The position numbers were made by a program, and so were the translations under genes. DNA of 54,052 bases from positions 1-54,052 of the forward strand of contig JBEEJQ010000001.1 of the NCBI GenBank assembly GCA_041169105.1. Direction: 5' to 3'. A model generated the notes under the pieces. The model was given only the letters and a program-made list of their open reading frames with translations. It did not search any database and was not told the origin of the DNA. Shown here one piece after another: positions 52,127 to 54,052 of the stretch (position 1 is the first letter of the stretch; the number at the start of each line of letters is the position of its first letter). This DNA is from Pseudomonadota bacterium. GTDB lineage: Bacteria > Pseudomonadota > Gammaproteobacteria > Burkholderiales > Burkholderiaceae_C.

Positions 52127-52876
52127 TCAGACCGTGGCAGCCGATGTCGTGTGCGCACCGCCCAAAAACAGGCGCTCCATTTGGGGATCGGCCAGAATTT
52201 CGGCGGCTGATTTGTAGAGCACCAAACGGCCCGATTCCAGCGCAATCGCGTTGTCCGAGTACTTGAGCGCACTCTTGACGTTTTGCTCGACCATCAGCAC
52301 CGTGGTGCCCTGGTCGGCCAGCTTGCGCAGCAGCTTGAACACGTCCTGCACCACCATGGGCGACAGGCCAATCGAAGGCTCGTCGATCAGCAAAACCTTG
52401 GGGCGCAGCAGCAAGGCACGACCGATTTCCAGCTGCTTTTGCTCCCCGCCCGACAGGGCCGAGGCACGCGAGTTCATGCGCTCTTTCACCCGTGGGAAGA
52501 ACTCCAGCACTTCCGGGATGCGCTCGTGCGTGGTCTTCATGCCCAACGTGATGCCGCCCAGCTCCAGGTTTTCATAAACGCTGAGCTGGCCAAACAGGTT
52601 GCGGCCTTGCGGTACAAAGGCGATGCCGTCGGCCAACAGCGCTTTTTGCGTGGACCCGGTGATGTCCTTGCCGTTCAATCTGATCTTGCCCTGGCGGGGC
52701 TTGAGCAAACCAAACAAGGTTTTGAGCACGGTGGATTTGCCCGCGCCGTTGGGGCCGATCAGCAGCGTGATCGAGCCTTTGGGCACTTTGAAAGACAGGT
52801 TGTTCAGGATCATGAAATCCTTGTAGCCCGCGACCACGTCGTCGAATTCGATGCAGGTGTCTGTTGTTGTGCTCAT
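52127..52876 (-). CDS. Branched-chain-amino-acid-type ABC transporter ATPase (LivF-like)
   Basis: GPNGAGKST, LSGGEQKQ, LLIDEPSIGL, MVEQN. Confidence 0.9.
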   Translation of the reverse strand: MSTTTDTCIEFDDVVAGYKDFMILNNLSFKVPKGSITLLIGPNGAGKSTVLKTLFGLLKPRQGKIRLNGKDITGSTQKALLADGIAFVPQGRNLFGQLSVYENLELGGITLGMKTTHERIPEVLEFFPRVKERMNSRASALSGGEQKQLEIGRALLLRPKVLLIDEPSIGLSPMVVQDVFKLLRKLADQGTTVLMVEQNVKSALKYSDNAIALESGRLVLYKSAAEILADPQMERLFLGGAHTTSAATV

Positions 52877-52877
52877 G

Positions 52878-53624
52878 TCAGTTCCCCAAATAGGCGTCGA
52901 GCACCTGCTTGTTGGCGCGGATTTCGTCGGGCGTGCCGATGGCCAGCACCTGGCCCTCGACCATCACCATGATGCGGTGGCACAGGTCCATCACAAAGTC
53001 CATGTTGTGTTCGATCACGACAAAGCTGCCTTTGCGTGTTTTGTTGAGTTCCTTGAGCAAGGTGCTGATGCCGCCCACCAATGAAGGGTTCACACCGGCG
53101 CAAGGCTCGTCCAGCAAGACCAGATCGGGCTCGCTCATGAAAGCCATGGCGATGTCCACCAGCTTTTGCTGGCCGTAGCTCAGTTCACCGGCTTTTTTGT
53201 CGGCCACATGGCGGATGTGGAACTGGTCGATCAGGGCATCGGCTTTCGCACCCAGACCCGAATCGGTGGGCGCAAACATGCGGCTGAACATGGTGCCTTG
53301 GTGCTCTTGCGCGGCCACGATCAGGTTGTCGCGCACCGTCATCTTGCCGAACACCTGCAGGGTCTGGAAGGTGCGGCCCACGCCACGGCGGTTGAGCTCC
53401 AGCGGGCCCAGTGTCGTGACATCTTGGCCATTGAGTTCGATCTTGCCTTCGTCAGGGGTGATCTGACCCAACATGCTGTTGAACAAGGTGGTCTTGCCCG
53501 AGCCGTTGGGGCCGATCACGCCGAAGATTTCGCCGGGGCGCACTTCGAAGGACACCCCACCCACGGCCTGAATGGCACCGTAGGCTTTTTTGATGTTGGT
53601 GACTTTGAGGACGGGCTGGGTCAT
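52878..53624 (-). CDS. Branched-chain-amino-acid-type ABC transporter ATPase (LivG-like)
   Basis: GPNGSGKTT, RTFQ, LSYGQQK, LLDEPCAG, IEHNM, VLDAYLG. Confidence 0.9.
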   Translation of the reverse strand: MTQPVLKVTNIKKAYGAIQAVGGVSFEVRPGEIFGVIGPNGSGKTTLFNSMLGQITPDEGKIELNGQDVTTLGPLELNRRGVGRTFQTLQVFGKMTVRDNLIVAAQEHQGTMFSRMFAPTDSGLGAKADALIDQFHIRHVADKKAGELSYGQQKLVDIAMAFMSEPDLVLLDEPCAGVNPSLVGGISTLLKELNKTRKGSFVVIEHNMDFVMDLCHRIMVMVEGQVLAIGTPDEIRANKQVLDAYLGN

Positions 53625-54052
53625 GCTTTCACTCCTTGGCCAGCAGCGGCGCGGGCAGCTGAGGCCTCACGCGATTGGCGACGCGCCTTGATGCGGTCGG
53701 GAATGCTCAGCAGGCCATCGGGCAGCCAGATCATGAGCACCACCACAGCGGCACCAAACACAAACAAATACCAGGCTTGCGCAAAGCGCAGCCACTCGGG
53801 CAGGACCACGCCCACCGCCGAGCCCAGCACAGGTCCCAGGAAGTAGCCCGGACCACCCACCACCACCATGAGGTACATCATGATGGACGCGCCCACGGTG
53901 AACAGGGCCGGGTCAATGAACTGCACTTGCGAGGCATAGAGACCACCGGCCACACCGGCGTACACCGCGCCGATGGCAAAGCTCAGCAAGGTGTAGCTGC
54001 GGGTGTCAATGCCCAAGCTCTCGGCGCGGATCGCGTTGTCGCTCAGCGCCGT
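53621..54052 (-). CDS. Branched-chain-amino-acid-type ABC permease (LivM-like), 5' truncated by window edge
   Basis: AESLGID, AGVAGGLYA, MVVVGG...GPVLG, LPEWLR, WLPDGL. Confidence 0.85.
   Translation of the reverse strand, partial: TALSDNAIRAESLGIDTRSYTLLSFAIGAVYAGVAGGLYASQVQFIDPALFTVGASIMMYLMVVVGGPGYFLGPVLGSAVGVVLPEWLRFAQAWYLFVFGAAVVVLMIWLPDGLLSIPDRIKARRQSREASAARAAAGQGVKA

Overview
54 kb of a GC-rich betaproteobacterial chromosome. Gene content and protein style suggest Comamonadaceae, possibly Limnohabitans-like; this is an inference. Left to right: the end of an assimilatory nitrate/nitrite cluster (nirB-nirD-nasA-ybiB-cobA), a ccdAB-like toxin-antitoxin pair, housekeeping genes (HI0933 flavoprotein, rpsU, yqeY, pmbA, yjgA, mog, rpoD, with no dnaG), aromatic catabolism genes (paaZ, ligAB-like dioxygenase, LysR, gentisate operon), and BLUF, IclR and Crp-PAS regulators. 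Next is an ~12 kb locus that looks like an uncharacterised synthase-dependent surface polysaccharide system: processive GT2, wecB, YaiO-like beta-barrel, a bactofilin-like protein, two paralogous deacetylases and two paralogous secreted hydrolase-like proteins. Then comes a tightly coupled six-gene type I restriction-modification operon with a Schlafen/AlbA_2-domain gene between hsdM and hsdS and a Septu/PtuAB-like ABC ATPase + HNH nuclease pair between hsdS and hsdR. The window ends with an AlkD-like gene and a branched-chain-amino-acid-type ABC transporter. Three families of REP/REPIN-like palindromes are scattered through the left half; one appears to be translated in frame inside cobA. No tRNA, rRNA, CRISPR array, integrase, transposase or reverse transcriptase was recognised. 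All product calls come from motif recognition by eye, not database searches.
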